64,000 nucleotides of DNA, from contig CAKUEH010000001.1 of NCBI GenBank assembly GCA_934646185.1, forward strand, positions 168,345 through 232,344, given 5' to 3'. The stretch's first letter is position 1, and the number at the start of each line of letters is the position of its first letter. Below the pieces are notes generated by a model. The model worked only from the letters and a program-made list of their open reading frames with translations. It had not been told where the DNA came from and ran no database searches. The translations under genes and the position numbers were made by a program. This DNA is from an uncultured Oscillospiraceae bacterium (lineage in GTDB: Bacteria > Bacillota > Clostridia > Oscillospirales > Oscillospiraceae). Positions 19,640-29,196 of this stretch are shown here, piece by piece.

Positions 19640-19924
19640 TTAGAACACACCCTGCTGGTACATAGCCTGTGCGACCTTCTTGAAGCCGACGATGTTGGCG
19701 CCTGCGACGAGGTCATAGCCCAGACCATATTCCTCAGCAGCCTCTGCAGAGACCTTGTGGATGTTCTTCATCATTTTGTGAAGCTGTGCGTCAACTTCCT
19801 CAGCCGTCCAAACGAGGCGCTCGGAGTTCTGTGCCATCTCAAGACCGGAAACGCCGACACCGCCAGTGTTGACAGCCTTGGAAGGAGCAACGATCATATG
19901 CTTCTGCTCACGCAGATACGGCAC
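19640..19924 (-). pseudogene. gdhA: 3' fragment of a glutamate dehydrogenase gene
   Basis: ...VPYLREQKHMIVAPSKAVNTGGVGVSGLEMAQNSERLVWTAEEVDAQLHKMMKNIHKVSAEAAEEYGLGYDLVAGANIVGFKKVAQAMYQQGVF matches only the last ~95 residues of Glu/Leu/Phe/Val dehydrogenases. Upstream sequence is unrelated. The native terminator hairpin GGCTGCTGTAGGTTTAGCAGCC is retained downstream. Confidence 0.7.
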
Positions 19925-20069
19925 GCAGAATTTTGTGTCAGACACCGCGCTCAGTGCCGCCGTATCTGCAATCAAGGGGTGATGCCGATGCAGTGAGAAA
20001 ATCCCGCTTTTTACACAACCAACCATACATGCACCGGGAACGTTCGACGCCCCCGGTGCAACAGCTCGA

Positions 20070-20108
20070 AAGACAGAAAACCGCTGCTGGCAATCCAGCA
20101 GCGGTTTT
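20070..20108 (-). terminator. Terminator of the two-component operon
   Basis: 14-bp stem AAAACCGCTGCTGG / CCAGCAGCGGTTTT, with a U-run on the minus-strand side. Confidence 0.7.
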
Positions 20109-20117
20109 CTGCGCATC

Positions 20118-21464
20118 TCATTTGAGTTCGGCTGCGAAGGAAATGACAGTTCCCTGCACACTGGCACGGATCTGGCCGCGGTGTGCTTCACAGATGCTTT
20201 TGGCGATCGAAAGACCGATGCCGAAGCCGCCTGTCGCGGCTGTGCGGGAAGCGTCGGGGCGATAAAAGCGGTCAAAGAGCCGGTTTAGATCTCCTTCCGG
20301 CGCTTGATCGCACACATTTGTCACCGTGAGCTTCACGCCGCGCTTCATCTGTTCCATGGACACCTGAATTTCCGTCTCCGGCGCGGCGTATTTGATGGCG
20401 TTATCGAGCAAAATCGATACCAACTGGCGTACAGCAGCTTCGTCTCCGCAGTAGGAAAGCTCCGGCGCAGCTGCGACGCGAATCGTGTGCCCCTTCGACT
20501 GCGCAAAATCTGAGAACGATTCAGCCGTATCCGTGACCGCCTCGCTGATGGGGAACGGCTTCATATGAAGCGGCGAGGTTTCTTCGTCGTATTTGCAGAG
20601 CGTGATGAGCGACTGCACAAGCTCCCGCAGCTTTTCGGTCTGCGCTCTTGCTTTGTCGATCCACTTCTGCTGCCCGACCTCCATCTCGAGCACCTTCAGA
20701 CTCGTGCCGATCACCGTGATGGGCGTTTTGAGCTCATGCCCCGCGTCGGTGATGAACTGCTTCTGCTGCTCGGACGCTTTGACGACCGGGTCAATGGCCC
20801 GGCGGGACAGAAGGACGACCAGCACATAGACCAGCGCAAGGCAGACCGCGTAGGAAACGCCCGACCAGACGGCAAGCGTCCGGACCGCGCGCAGCTCCTG
20901 ATAGCAGTCGAGGAAGACCGCAATCCAGCGGTTTTCACCTTCTTTTACCACACGGAATTTGTAGCCCGCAGTGTAAAAGCCATAGCCCGCGCCGTGCTGC
21001 AGGGCGGCCTTGATATAGGTATCCGCATCGTCCTCCGTCACGGCGGCGATGTGCGAGAAATTGCCGCTGTCAAGATTTCCGTCCGCGTCAAAGCGCAGGT
21101 AAAAATAGCGCGTGGAGTACGGCGTTTCGGCGTTGAAGGGGCCTCGCGGGCGATCCGGCTGGCTGTCGGGCTTGTTGTCCGGCTTTTCGTCCAGCTCGGG
21201 CGGCGTATGATCTTCTTCCGGCGGAATATGTTCTTCCCCGGCAGCCGCCGTATCCGGCGGCTGTGTATCCGCTTCTTCCGTATCCGTCGTGCGTTTCGTC
21301 GGGATCGTGCCCTGGTTTTCATAGATCATGTCGAGCGTCTGATTCAGATCCCGGTTCGTCGAAATGAAATTCGCCGCGTTGACGATCAGGCTCAGCGCCA
21401 GAAGAACCAGTGCGACAGCGAGCATGGCAATACGGATGAATTTCGTGCGCAGACGTTTGATCAT
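20118..21464 (-). CDS. Sensor histidine kinase (HisKA + HATPase_c)
   Basis: Two TM segments flank an extracytoplasmic domain with a Pro/Asp/Glu-rich insert. H-box FITDAGHELKTPITV, C-terminal G-box GGFGIGLSIA. Confidence 0.9.
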   Translation of the reverse strand: MIKRLRTKFIRIAMLAVALVLLALSLIVNAANFISTNRDLNQTLDMIYENQGTIPTKRTTDTEEADTQPPDTAAAGEEHIPPEEDHTPPELDEKPDNKPDSQPDRPRGPFNAETPYSTRYFYLRFDADGNLDSGNFSHIAAVTEDDADTYIKAALQHGAGYGFYTAGYKFRVVKEGENRWIAVFLDCYQELRAVRTLAVWSGVSYAVCLALVYVLVVLLSRRAIDPVVKASEQQKQFITDAGHELKTPITVIGTSLKVLEMEVGQQKWIDKARAQTEKLRELVQSLITLCKYDEETSPLHMKPFPISEAVTDTAESFSDFAQSKGHTIRVAAAPELSYCGDEAAVRQLVSILLDNAIKYAAPETEIQVSMEQMKRGVKLTVTNVCDQAPEGDLNRLFDRFYRPDASRTAATGGFGIGLSIAKSICEAHRGQIRASVQGTVISFAAELK

Positions 21465-22135
21465 TTCCCGGCCTCCAACAGATATCCGATCCCCCGGCTG
21501 GCGTTGATCTGCGCGTGCGAGCCGATGGACTTGAGCTTCTTTCTGAGATTTGAAATATTGACCCAGATGACGTTAATCTCAGCCTCACTGTCCCAGCCCC
21601 AGATCTTCTCCATCAGCCGCTCGGCGGAAAAGAGCATCCCGGGTGAGCGCAGAAACAGCTCCATCAGCTGATACTCCCGTCCGCTGAGCCGGATGCTTTT
21701 CTTTCCGCACGAAAGCTCGCCCGAGCCGGGGTCAAGCGTCAGATCGCCGAACGTCAGAACGCTCGGGCGGTACGCTTCGCTTCTTCGGAGCATCGCCCGC
21801 ACGCGGGCCAACAGCTCGTCCGGGTCGAAGGGCTTTGGCAGATAATCGTCCGCACCGGAATCAAAGCCCTCGATGCGGTCGCGCGTCTCGCCGCGGGCCG
21901 TAAGCATCATGATGGGCGTCTTGTCTCCGCGTTCCCGCATCCGGCGCAGCGCCGTGAAGCCGTCCATGCGCGGCATCATCACATCCAGAATGATCGCGTC
22001 ATAGGCGCTCGACTCTGCGTATTCGCAGGCCGCACGGCCGTCGTGAACAATATCCACCGAAAAATGGTTCTTTTCAAAGAATACGCCGAGCGCTTCAGCC
22101 AGATCTTCTTCGTCCTCCGCAAGCAAAAGCCGCAT
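21461..22135 (-). CDS. OmpR/PhoB-family response regulator
   Basis: MRLLLAEDEEDL...DAIILDVMMP receiver domain plus a winged-helix C-terminus. 4-nt overlap with the kinase gene. Confidence 0.9.
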   Translation of the reverse strand: MRLLLAEDEEDLAEALGVFFEKNHFSVDIVHDGRAACEYAESSAYDAIILDVMMPRMDGFTALRRMRERGDKTPIMMLTARGETRDRIEGFDSGADDYLPKPFDPDELLARVRAMLRRSEAYRPSVLTFGDLTLDPGSGELSCGKKSIRLSGREYQLMELFLRSPGMLFSAERLMEKIWGWDSEAEINVIWVNISNLRKKLKSIGSHAQINASRGIGYLLEAGK

Positions 22136-22193
22136 ATGCCGCGCCTCCTTCCGTTTTCCTTATTATACGGGTATGCCTCCAAAACCGCAAGCG

Positions 22194-22856
22194 TCAGAGC
22201 GCTTCTTTGTACGAAACCCGCGCGCAGACGATATTGAGGTTTCCGTTGCGGCAGCGCAGCTCATCCAGAAAGTCTTTTGATATCTGCGGCTGGCGGAAGA
22301 CCACGCGGTACTGAAGCTCATAGAGCGTCCCCATATTGGTCGTCTTCACCTGCTCGAGGGCACAGGATCTCAGGTACCGGCGGAACACATCGGTAAACAA
22401 CCCATCATAATCGAGATTTTCCGGGATGGTAATCTTCAGGATCCGCTCTGTCTCGTCGCCCTTTCCGAAATGCAGCGCGCCCAGCAGCAAAAATGCCGCC
22501 GCGAAGATGGCAAAGAACAATGCTGCCAGCCCAAGATAGCCCATGCCTGTGGCAAGCCCCAGCGTCATGGCGAAGAAGATCGCCGCGATCTCCCGCGCGG
22601 AGCCCGGCGCAGAGCGGAACCGGACCAGCCCGAACGCCCCCGCGACCGCTACGCCTGCGCCAAGATTGCCGTTGACCAGCATAATGACCATCTGCACGGC
22701 AAGCGGCAGAACAGCAATCGTCATGCAGAAGCTCTGTGTCGTATGCGTACCGCGCGTCATGACAAACGCCGCCGCAATGCCAAGCAGCAGGGACGCCGCC
22801 GAGCAGAGAAGAAAAATTGGCAGCGTAATATCCATCGTAATCACCGAATCAAGCAC
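22194..22856 (-). CDS. DUF4956-family membrane protein
   Basis: VLDSVITMDITLPIFLL... with 4-5 TM segments, then a soluble C-terminal domain. GTG start chosen because GTGCTTGA overlaps the stop of the upstream VTC gene. ATG at 22835 is an alternative. Confidence 0.75.
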   Translation of the reverse strand: MLDSVITMDITLPIFLLCSAASLLLGIAAAFVMTRGTHTTQSFCMTIAVLPLAVQMVIMLVNGNLGAGVAVAGAFGLVRFRSAPGSAREIAAIFFAMTLGLATGMGYLGLAALFFAIFAAAFLLLGALHFGKGDETERILKITIPENLDYDGLFTDVFRRYLRSCALEQVKTTNMGTLYELQYRVVFRQPQISKDFLDELRCRNGNLNIVCARVSYKEAL

Positions 22857-23583
22857 AGAACATATCCTCCCATCTGTTGTTTTGCAGCTGCGGCAGCAGA
22901 TACCGCTGATAGCACGCGCCGTATTTGGAAAATGACGTTGGGTAAATGGATAGCTCGGAGAGCGCGCGGCCAAGCCACAAGGGACACACTCCCGGAAGCT
23001 TTATTTCCATCAGAACTGCGTCCTGCGGCAAAAGCAGTTGGCCGTAATCGCCGGAAGCAAGGTCGAGCTTCGACGTGCGCCAGCGTAGGTTCGTGTCAAA
23101 CGTCACGCGCAGCTCCGTGTCCTCGATTCCCGCGAAGGCCGTGCGGTCGTAGCCGATAAAGACCTTTGGAAGCGTTTTGTTGCAGCGCTGGAACCAGTCG
23201 ATCTCGCGTCCGATCTGGCCGAACGTGTCTTTTTCCAGAAGTCCTGTCAGAAACGGTTCGACCATCGAAAGCTCCGTCGTCACGCGGCGCTTATACACAA
23301 CGCCGTCAAATTTCTTTTTGAGCTCCACGAAAACCGTATTGTCTTCTCCGGGTACGCCGTAGCTGCGCACGCGGAGCTTTTCCTTATAGACAGGCTTTTC
23401 GATGGACGCGCGGATCAGGCGGTAATCGTTCGTATCATAATAGAGATTACAGATCGTGTAGGTCGGATGCGCGTCGGCCTCGAGGTGAGAACCGATGCGG
23501 TTTAACAGCGCGTCGCGCTGGGTGCGTGTGAGCATATACTTTTTTTCGACACGCTCGAAGCTGTATTGAATATCAGATGCCAT
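22849..23583 (-). CDS. VTC-domain (polyphosphate-polymerase-like, CYTH/TTM fold) protein
   Basis: MASDIQYSFERVEKKYMLT...ICNLYYDT...KLRVRSYG...VELKKK motifs, typical of bacterial VTC-domain proteins that pair with DUF4956. Confidence 0.8.
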   Translation of the reverse strand: MASDIQYSFERVEKKYMLTRTQRDALLNRIGSHLEADAHPTYTICNLYYDTNDYRLIRASIEKPVYKEKLRVRSYGVPGEDNTVFVELKKKFDGVVYKRRVTTELSMVEPFLTGLLEKDTFGQIGREIDWFQRCNKTLPKVFIGYDRTAFAGIEDTELRVTFDTNLRWRTSKLDLASGDYGQLLLPQDAVLMEIKLPGVCPLWLGRALSELSIYPTSFSKYGACYQRYLLPQLQNNRWEDMFCA

Positions 23584-23710
23584 ATGCGCTTCCTCCTTTG
23601 TGCCGTCAGCATAGCAGCCGTACCTAAATACAGCCTAAAGAAATAAGATTGTTTCCTTTAGGTACGATTTAGGAACGCGCTGTATCCTAGCAGCAGAAAG
23701 GGGCGATGCG

Positions 23711-24541
23711 ATGAAACTTCTCCCGATTCTTCTGTCGCTTGCGCTTCTGCTGAGCCTCACCGGCTGCGGCCGATCGGATGCAGGCGCAAACAGCATGACG
23801 GTTTTGTATCTGGACGTCGGCAAAGCAGACTGTACGATTTTGACCGACGGCGCGCATACGGTTCTGATCGACTGCGCAGAAACAGATGACGGTGAAACGA
23901 TCCTCAGCGTGCTCAAGGAAAACCGTATTTCTCAGATTGACCTTCTCATTGTGACACATTTTGACAAGGATCACATTGGCGGCGTGCCGGAGGTGCTAAG
24001 CAGCTTTTCCATTCTTCACGTCATCGAACCGGACTATGCGCCGGAAAACCCGGAGGCGGAGGCTTACACCGCATATCGCGCAGCGCTGGAGCTCGCAAGT
24101 ATTACGCCGGAGGCCGTTTCCGATGCTCTGGACGTAACGCTCGGCGATATGCAGCTTTCGATCCTCGGCGCGGGCGGCGCAGCCTACGAAAAAAATACCG
24201 ATAACAACAATTCTCTCGTTGTTACCGTCACGCATTGCGAAAACCGGTTCTTTTTCGCAGGCGATATTGAAAAGCAGCGCATTGAGGATTTGCTGGAAGC
24301 AGGCGTTAGCTCCTGCGATGTATTAAAGGTTCCGCACCACGGGGTTTACAACAAGCAGCTTCCCGCGCTCTTTGCGGCGCTCGGCATGAAAGAAGCCGTC
24401 ATCACCTGCTCGGAGAAGAATCCGGCGGACTCAGAAACCATCGATCGCTTAGACGCGCTCGGCTGCCGGGTCTGGCAGACCGTGAACGGGACCGTCCGCG
24501 TTATCAGCAATCAAAACGGCATTACCATTTCACAGAAATAA
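23711..24541 (+). CDS. MBL-fold metallo-hydrolase lipoprotein (ComEC C-terminal-domain-like)
   Basis: Signal peptide/lipobox LLLSLTGC, then VLYLDVGKADCTIL...LLIVTHFDKDHIGG...LKVPHHG. Confidence 0.8.
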   Translation: MKLLPILLSLALLLSLTGCGRSDAGANSMTVLYLDVGKADCTILTDGAHTVLIDCAETDDGETILSVLKENRISQIDLLIVTHFDKDHIGGVPEVLSSFSILHVIEPDYAPENPEAEAYTAYRAALELASITPEAVSDALDVTLGDMQLSILGAGGAAYEKNTDNNNSLVVTVTHCENRFFFAGDIEKQRIEDLLEAGVSSCDVLKVPHHGVYNKQLPALFAALGMKEAVITCSEKNPADSETIDRLDALGCRVWQTVNGTVRVISNQNGITISQK

Positions 24542-24562
24542 CATAGAAAGGATGTTTTCCCT

Positions 24563-26659
24563 ATGACAAAGTCAAAAATGCAACAACAGGACACACGGTA
24601 TGTCGCACTGCTTCTGGCGCTGGCAATTCTCATGCTGCTTGTGCCAAAGATCTCGGCGGCGGAATACACGGCATCGGGCGCGACAAAATTCGTGTTCACG
24701 GACAGCGGCATTACCGTCACGGATGGCAATTACACCGGCTATAAGGTTGAAGGAACCGCACTCACCATCAACGACTCTGGCACCTATATCATCTCCGGCT
24801 CGTGCTCCAACGGCTCGATCAAGGTCAAAAAGGGGACGACGGGCGTAACGCTCGTGCTGAACGGCTTGACGCTGACCAGCGCCGCGACCGCGCCGATCGC
24901 CTGCAACAAGTCGACCGAGGTCAACATCGTCGTCGCCTCCGGCACGACCAATACGCTTACAGACAGCCTCCAGAATAACGACGATTATTATCCAGACAAT
25001 AGTGACGCAGAGAATGCCGTCATCAAGTGTAAGGATGGCTCACAGGTGACTATCTCCGGCGCCGGCACGCTGGTTATCAATGCCAGGGGTAAAAACGGCA
25101 TTAAATCCGGCGCGACGACCGACGAAGAAGGCACGGCCTCGCTCACCATCCGGGATGTCAACCTGACGATCAACGCATCCGTCAACGACGCGATCAATGC
25201 TGAGCAGACGCTGAACATTGAAAGCGGCACGCTCACCATCTCCGCAGAAGACGATGCGATCCACTCCGATTATACTCTGAACGTCGGCGCCTCCGGCACG
25301 GCCGGGCCTACCATCAAAATCACGAGCTGCTATGAAGGTCTGGAGGCCGCGACGCTCAATATTCTCTCCGGCAATATTTCCATCACGGCCTCAGACAACT
25401 GCCTGAACGCGGCAAACTCCGATCTGACCGGCTACAGCTTCTCCATGAATATCTCCGGCGGCACCATCAGCGCCTATACCTCGTCCGGCGACGGCTTTGA
25501 TTCCAACGGTACGCTCACCATCTCCGGCGGCACCATCAACGTCTGGTCTGCCAACACGGCCGACAACCAGCCGCTTGACGCGGACGGCACCATCACCATC
25601 TCCGGCGGCACAGTTCTGGCTGCGGGCGGCAGCAGCGGCATGGGCATGCATCTCTCCGCTTCGCAGGCCTACGTCACCTTCGGCGGCGGCAATATGGGCG
25701 GTCAGCCCGGTTCCATGGGCGGACAACCCGGCGGGCGTGCATCCGGCAATTCTGGTGCTTCCTCTACAAGTGTCGCAAATGGCAGTACGGTCTCTATCAA
25801 AAACGGCTCGACCAGCGTATTCAGCACGACTGCGCGCTGCAACGCAAGTTACCTCTTCTTCTCGTCCCCGTCTTTGACCTTCGGCACAAGCTATACGCTC
25901 TATGCAGGTTCCACCAACGTTTCGACTGCCGCTGCGCAGACCGGCTCCAGCCAGTCCGGCGGGATGCAGCCGGAGAGCAATCAGCAGCCCGGAGCCACGC
26001 GGCCCCAGCCGGGACAGTCAGTCGATCCGGCGCAAGACCCCAACGCGGACTCCGGCAATTCCTCCGGCAGCAGCTCCGCAGGCAGTACCACAAATGCAGC
26101 TTCCGGCAATCGTTTTTCCGATGTCTCCACTGGCAGCTGGTATTATGACGCGGTGCAGTATGTCTATGACGCGGGACTCATGTCCGGCACGGGAAGCGAT
26201 GTATTTTCCCCGGATGGCGCAACAACACGCGGCATGATCGTGACAATTCTCTACCGCCTCGAAGGAAGCCCGGTGTGTGGCAGCGCTTCATTCTCGGACG
26301 TGTCTTCCGGCAAATACTACGCGCAGGCCGTTGCCTGGGCAGCGGAAAACGGCATTGTGAGCGGCTATTCCGCTTCCCGCTTTGGTCCTGAGAACGCCAT
26401 CACGCGCGAGCAGCTGGCAGCGGTTTTGTACCGTTATGCCGCCTATAAGGGCTATGACGTGTCAGAATTTTCCTCCCTCACCGGCTATGCGGACAATACC
26501 CTTGTCGCAGGTTACGCGAAAACACCGTTTGCGTGGGCGGTACAGGCTGGCATCATTAGCGGAACCGGCGCGCACCGGCTCAGTCCCTCTGCCGGTGCGA
26601 CCCGCGCGCAGGTTGCAGCGATGCTCATGCGCTTCTGCCAGAGCTATATATCCGTTTGA
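24563..26659 (+). CDS. Cthe_2159-like carbohydrate-binding beta-helix protein with three C-terminal SLH domains
   Basis: Signal peptide, then ...GTALTINDSGTYIISGSCSNGSIKVKKGTTGVTLVLNGLTLTS...NTLTD, typical of the Cthe_2159 family. A Gly/Gln/Pro/Ser-rich linker follows. The C-terminus has FSDVSTGSWYYDAVQYV..., FSDVSSGKYYAQAVAWA... and a third SLH-like repeat. Confidence 0.8.
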   Translation: MTKSKMQQQDTRYVALLLALAILMLLVPKISAAEYTASGATKFVFTDSGITVTDGNYTGYKVEGTALTINDSGTYIISGSCSNGSIKVKKGTTGVTLVLNGLTLTSAATAPIACNKSTEVNIVVASGTTNTLTDSLQNNDDYYPDNSDAENAVIKCKDGSQVTISGAGTLVINARGKNGIKSGATTDEEGTASLTIRDVNLTINASVNDAINAEQTLNIESGTLTISAEDDAIHSDYTLNVGASGTAGPTIKITSCYEGLEAATLNILSGNISITASDNCLNAANSDLTGYSFSMNISGGTISAYTSSGDGFDSNGTLTISGGTINVWSANTADNQPLDADGTITISGGTVLAAGGSSGMGMHLSASQAYVTFGGGNMGGQPGSMGGQPGGRASGNSGASSTSVANGSTVSIKNGSTSVFSTTARCNASYLFFSSPSLTFGTSYTLYAGSTNVSTAAAQTGSSQSGGMQPESNQQPGATRPQPGQSVDPAQDPNADSGNSSGSSSAGSTTNAASGNRFSDVSTGSWYYDAVQYVYDAGLMSGTGSDVFSPDGATTRGMIVTILYRLEGSPVCGSASFSDVSSGKYYAQAVAWAAENGIVSGYSASRFGPENAITREQLAAVLYRYAAYKGYDVSEFSSLTGYADNTLVAGYAKTPFAWAVQAGIISGTGAHRLSPSAGATRAQVAAMLMRFCQSYISV

Positions 26660-26794
26660 TTCTCTCCTTTCCTCCCTTTTGTGCGGGATACGAATCTTTC
26701 GTATCCCGCACAATTTGTTTACAAGTTCTTTAGGTTCCCTTTAGCTTCCGGCGCTATGATACAGGCACAAAACGAAATAAGGAGGATGCTTTTT

Positions 26795-28312
26795 ATGAAA
26801 AAGCTAATTGCAATTATACTGGCGGCAGCAATGCTGCTCTCGCTTGCGGCCTGCGGCAGCACTGCGGCCGGCACTGCGTCCGACGATACGGCGGCAGAAA
26901 CCACATCCGCCGATTCTTCCAACAATGCTTCCACCCAGACTCCGCCCGAATTGCCGGACGGCGAAGCGCCCGCAATGGGTAACGGCGAAACGCCGCCTGA
27001 AAAGCCAGACGGCACGCCGCCTGACGGTGAAAACGGCCAGCCGGGTATGCCCCCGGACGGCAATCCGCCCGATGGCGCGCCGAATGGTCAGCCTGGCGGC
27101 TTCGGCGGCAGCGGCGAAGTGACGCAGGGCACGAGCGCCAACACGATCTCCGAAGACACGACCGTCACCGACACGAGCTACACCTCGACCGGCGACGATG
27201 AAAACGCCCTCCGCGTCGATGGCGCGGCCGTCACGCTGGACGGTATCACCGTCGAGAAAAGCGCGGGCGCGACCTCGAACACCGAGGACGGCGACTTTTA
27301 CGGCATGAACGCCGCGCTGCTGGCGACGAACGGCGCGACCGTCACGATCAAAAACGCAACAGTCAATTCCTCCGCGCAGAACGGCAACGGCGTGTTCAGC
27401 TACGGCAGCGGCACGACCGTCAATATCTCCGATTCCACCATCACGACGACCGCCGATAATTCCGGCGGCATCCAGACCACCGGCGGCGGCACGACGAATG
27501 CGGAAGATCTGACTGTCACCACCTCCGGCAATTCGTCGGCGGCCATCCGCTCCGACCGCGGCGGCGGGACTGTCAACGTCACAGGCGGCAGCTATACCTC
27601 GAACGGCTATAACTCCCCCGCCGTCTACTCGACCGCCGCGATCACAGTTAAAAACGCGAAGCTCACGGCCAACAATTCCGAGGCGCTCGTCATTGAGGGC
27701 AAGAATTCCATTGCACTCACAAACTGCACCGTTTCGGGCAATATGAGCAGCACGAAGGGCTCCAGCTCCTCAGAAAACGTCCACACCGTCATGATCTACC
27801 AGTCCATGTCCGGCGACGCGGATGTCGGCACGTCTGAATTTTCCATGACCGGCGGCTCGCTGACAGGCAAAAACGGCGACCTGTTCTACATTACGAACAC
27901 GCACTGCATTCTGACGCTCTCCGGCGTGACGCTCAAAAATGAAGATTCTGACGGATATCTGCTGCGCGTGGTCGGCAACAGCGCCTCGCACGGCTGGGGC
28001 ACAGTCGGCAGCAACGGCGCGCAGGTCGAGTTCACCGCCGATGGTCAGACCTTGAACGGCAACATCCTCGTCGACACGATCTCAACGCTGGATCTGACGC
28101 TCAAAAACGGCAGCAGCTTCACCGGCACGATCAATATCGCCGATAATGCCGAGGGCGGCGCGGCGGTTTCCAACAACGCGGTCGTGACGATCGAATCCGG
28201 CTGCACGTGGACGCTCACCGGCGACTGCACGCTCACGAGCCTCACCAACAACGGCACGATCAACTTTAACGGCCATACCATCACGCTGGCCGACGGTACG
28301 GTTCTTCGTTAA
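26795..28312 (+). CDS. Secreted lipoprotein with a Pro-rich linker and predicted right-handed beta-helix repeats
   Basis: MKKLIAIILAAAMLLSLAACGS (lipobox), AGGAGG RBS. PPDG-rich linker, then repetitive T/S/G/N-rich ~25-aa beta-helix-like turns. Confidence 0.75.
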   Translation: MKKLIAIILAAAMLLSLAACGSTAAGTASDDTAAETTSADSSNNASTQTPPELPDGEAPAMGNGETPPEKPDGTPPDGENGQPGMPPDGNPPDGAPNGQPGGFGGSGEVTQGTSANTISEDTTVTDTSYTSTGDDENALRVDGAAVTLDGITVEKSAGATSNTEDGDFYGMNAALLATNGATVTIKNATVNSSAQNGNGVFSYGSGTTVNISDSTITTTADNSGGIQTTGGGTTNAEDLTVTTSGNSSAAIRSDRGGGTVNVTGGSYTSNGYNSPAVYSTAAITVKNAKLTANNSEALVIEGKNSIALTNCTVSGNMSSTKGSSSSENVHTVMIYQSMSGDADVGTSEFSMTGGSLTGKNGDLFYITNTHCILTLSGVTLKNEDSDGYLLRVVGNSASHGWGTVGSNGAQVEFTADGQTLNGNILVDTISTLDLTLKNGSSFTGTINIADNAEGGAAVSNNAVVTIESGCTWTLTGDCTLTSLTNNGTINFNGHTITLADGTVLR

Positions 28313-28317
28313 ATCTT

Positions 28318-28458
28318 TTACAACTCTGGTCTCATCTTTTGAAGAACCGTGTCAATATCCGCGTTGATGCAGACGGACTGCCGCTCGATCTCCTGCGGAC
28401 ACGCTGCCTGCCCCTGGTTGATACAGGCGTAGGCAGCGTCCGGGTTCTTAACTGTCAT
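28318..28458 (-). CDS. Small 46-aa ORF immediately downstream of the Sir2 gene (hypothetical)
   Basis: MTVKNPDAAYACINQGQAACPQEIERQSVCINADIDTVLQKMRPEL. The ATG lies 3 nt after the Sir2 stop codon. Third codon positions are GC-rich like neighbouring genes. Below the 60-aa cut-off of the ORF track. Confidence 0.35.
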   Translation of the reverse strand: MTVKNPDAAYACINQGQAACPQEIERQSVCINADIDTVLQKMRPEL

Positions 28459-28461
28459 CTG

Positions 28462-29196
28462 TCAGAACGGATACTTGATGATAACCGGGGTATTATAGCC
28501 AACGCCTAATTCAAGAAAGAGGATTTTCCCGCCCGCGCGGGTGCGAAGAAAATTCTCGTACCGCTCTGCCGCTCTGTGCCAGCCCTCATCTTCGGCAAAC
28601 TTGTCGTCGGCACGCAGGTTCATCGTCATCGGCTTCCCGCAGTGCGGACAAACAGGCAGCATTTCTGTCGGGACTTTCATATTCTCCTGTCGTTTGACCA
28701 TTTCACGGATCACAGCTTGGTTATCAAAGGTTTCTTGGCAGCACGGTTCGCTGCACTGAAAGAGTCCGTAATCCCCCTGCGTATAGAACAGCCGCTTCTT
28801 GTCAAAGCCAGCCTTCTGAAAGCAGTGGTCAACATTTGTGGTGATAACAAAATAATCTTTGTTCTGTACCAGCTTCAAAAGGTCATTATAGACCGGCCTG
28901 GGGGCGTCCTGATAGCGGTTAATGCAGATGTATCGGCTCCAATACGCCCAGAATTCCTCCTGCGTTGGAAACGGATAGAATCCGCCGCTGTACATATCCC
29001 GAATGCCGTACTTCTTGGCAAAGTCGGAGAAATGCTTCTCAAACCGTTCGCCGGTGTAGGTAAATCCCGCCGCCGTAGACAGTCCGGAGCCGGCGCCGAT
29101 CACCACGGCATCACAATCCAGCAGCGCTGTCCGGAGCCGTTCCATCTGCTCGGAGCAGCTTTTCGTAGATGGTTTTGTCCAAATCCTTGAAAACAT
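28462..29196 (-). CDS. Sir2-family NAD-dependent enzyme (SirTM-like class)
   Basis: DAVVIGAGSGLSTAAGFTY..., ITTNVDHCF, Zn ribbon CSEPCC...CPHCGKP. Start at 29196 has a GAAGGTGA RBS but overlaps the macro gene by 86 nt. ATG at 29145 is an alternative. Confidence 0.8.
   Translation of the reverse strand: MFSRIWTKPSTKSCSEQMERLRTALLDCDAVVIGAGSGLSTAAGFTYTGERFEKHFSDFAKKYGIRDMYSGGFYPFPTQEEFWAYWSRYICINRYQDAPRPVYNDLLKLVQNKDYFVITTNVDHCFQKAGFDKKRLFYTQGDYGLFQCSEPCCQETFDNQAVIREMVKRQENMKVPTEMLPVCPHCGKPMTMNLRADDKFAEDEGWHRAAERYENFLRTRAGGKILFLELGVGYNTPVIIKYPF

Noticed and set aside
25680-25745. Short tandem repeats (GGQPGSMGGQPGG-coding) and other Pro/Gly/Ser-rich repeats, for example at 26930-27110 and 21130-21300.
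   Set aside because: They are in-frame low-complexity linkers inside well-supported CDSs, not CRISPR or non-coding repeats.
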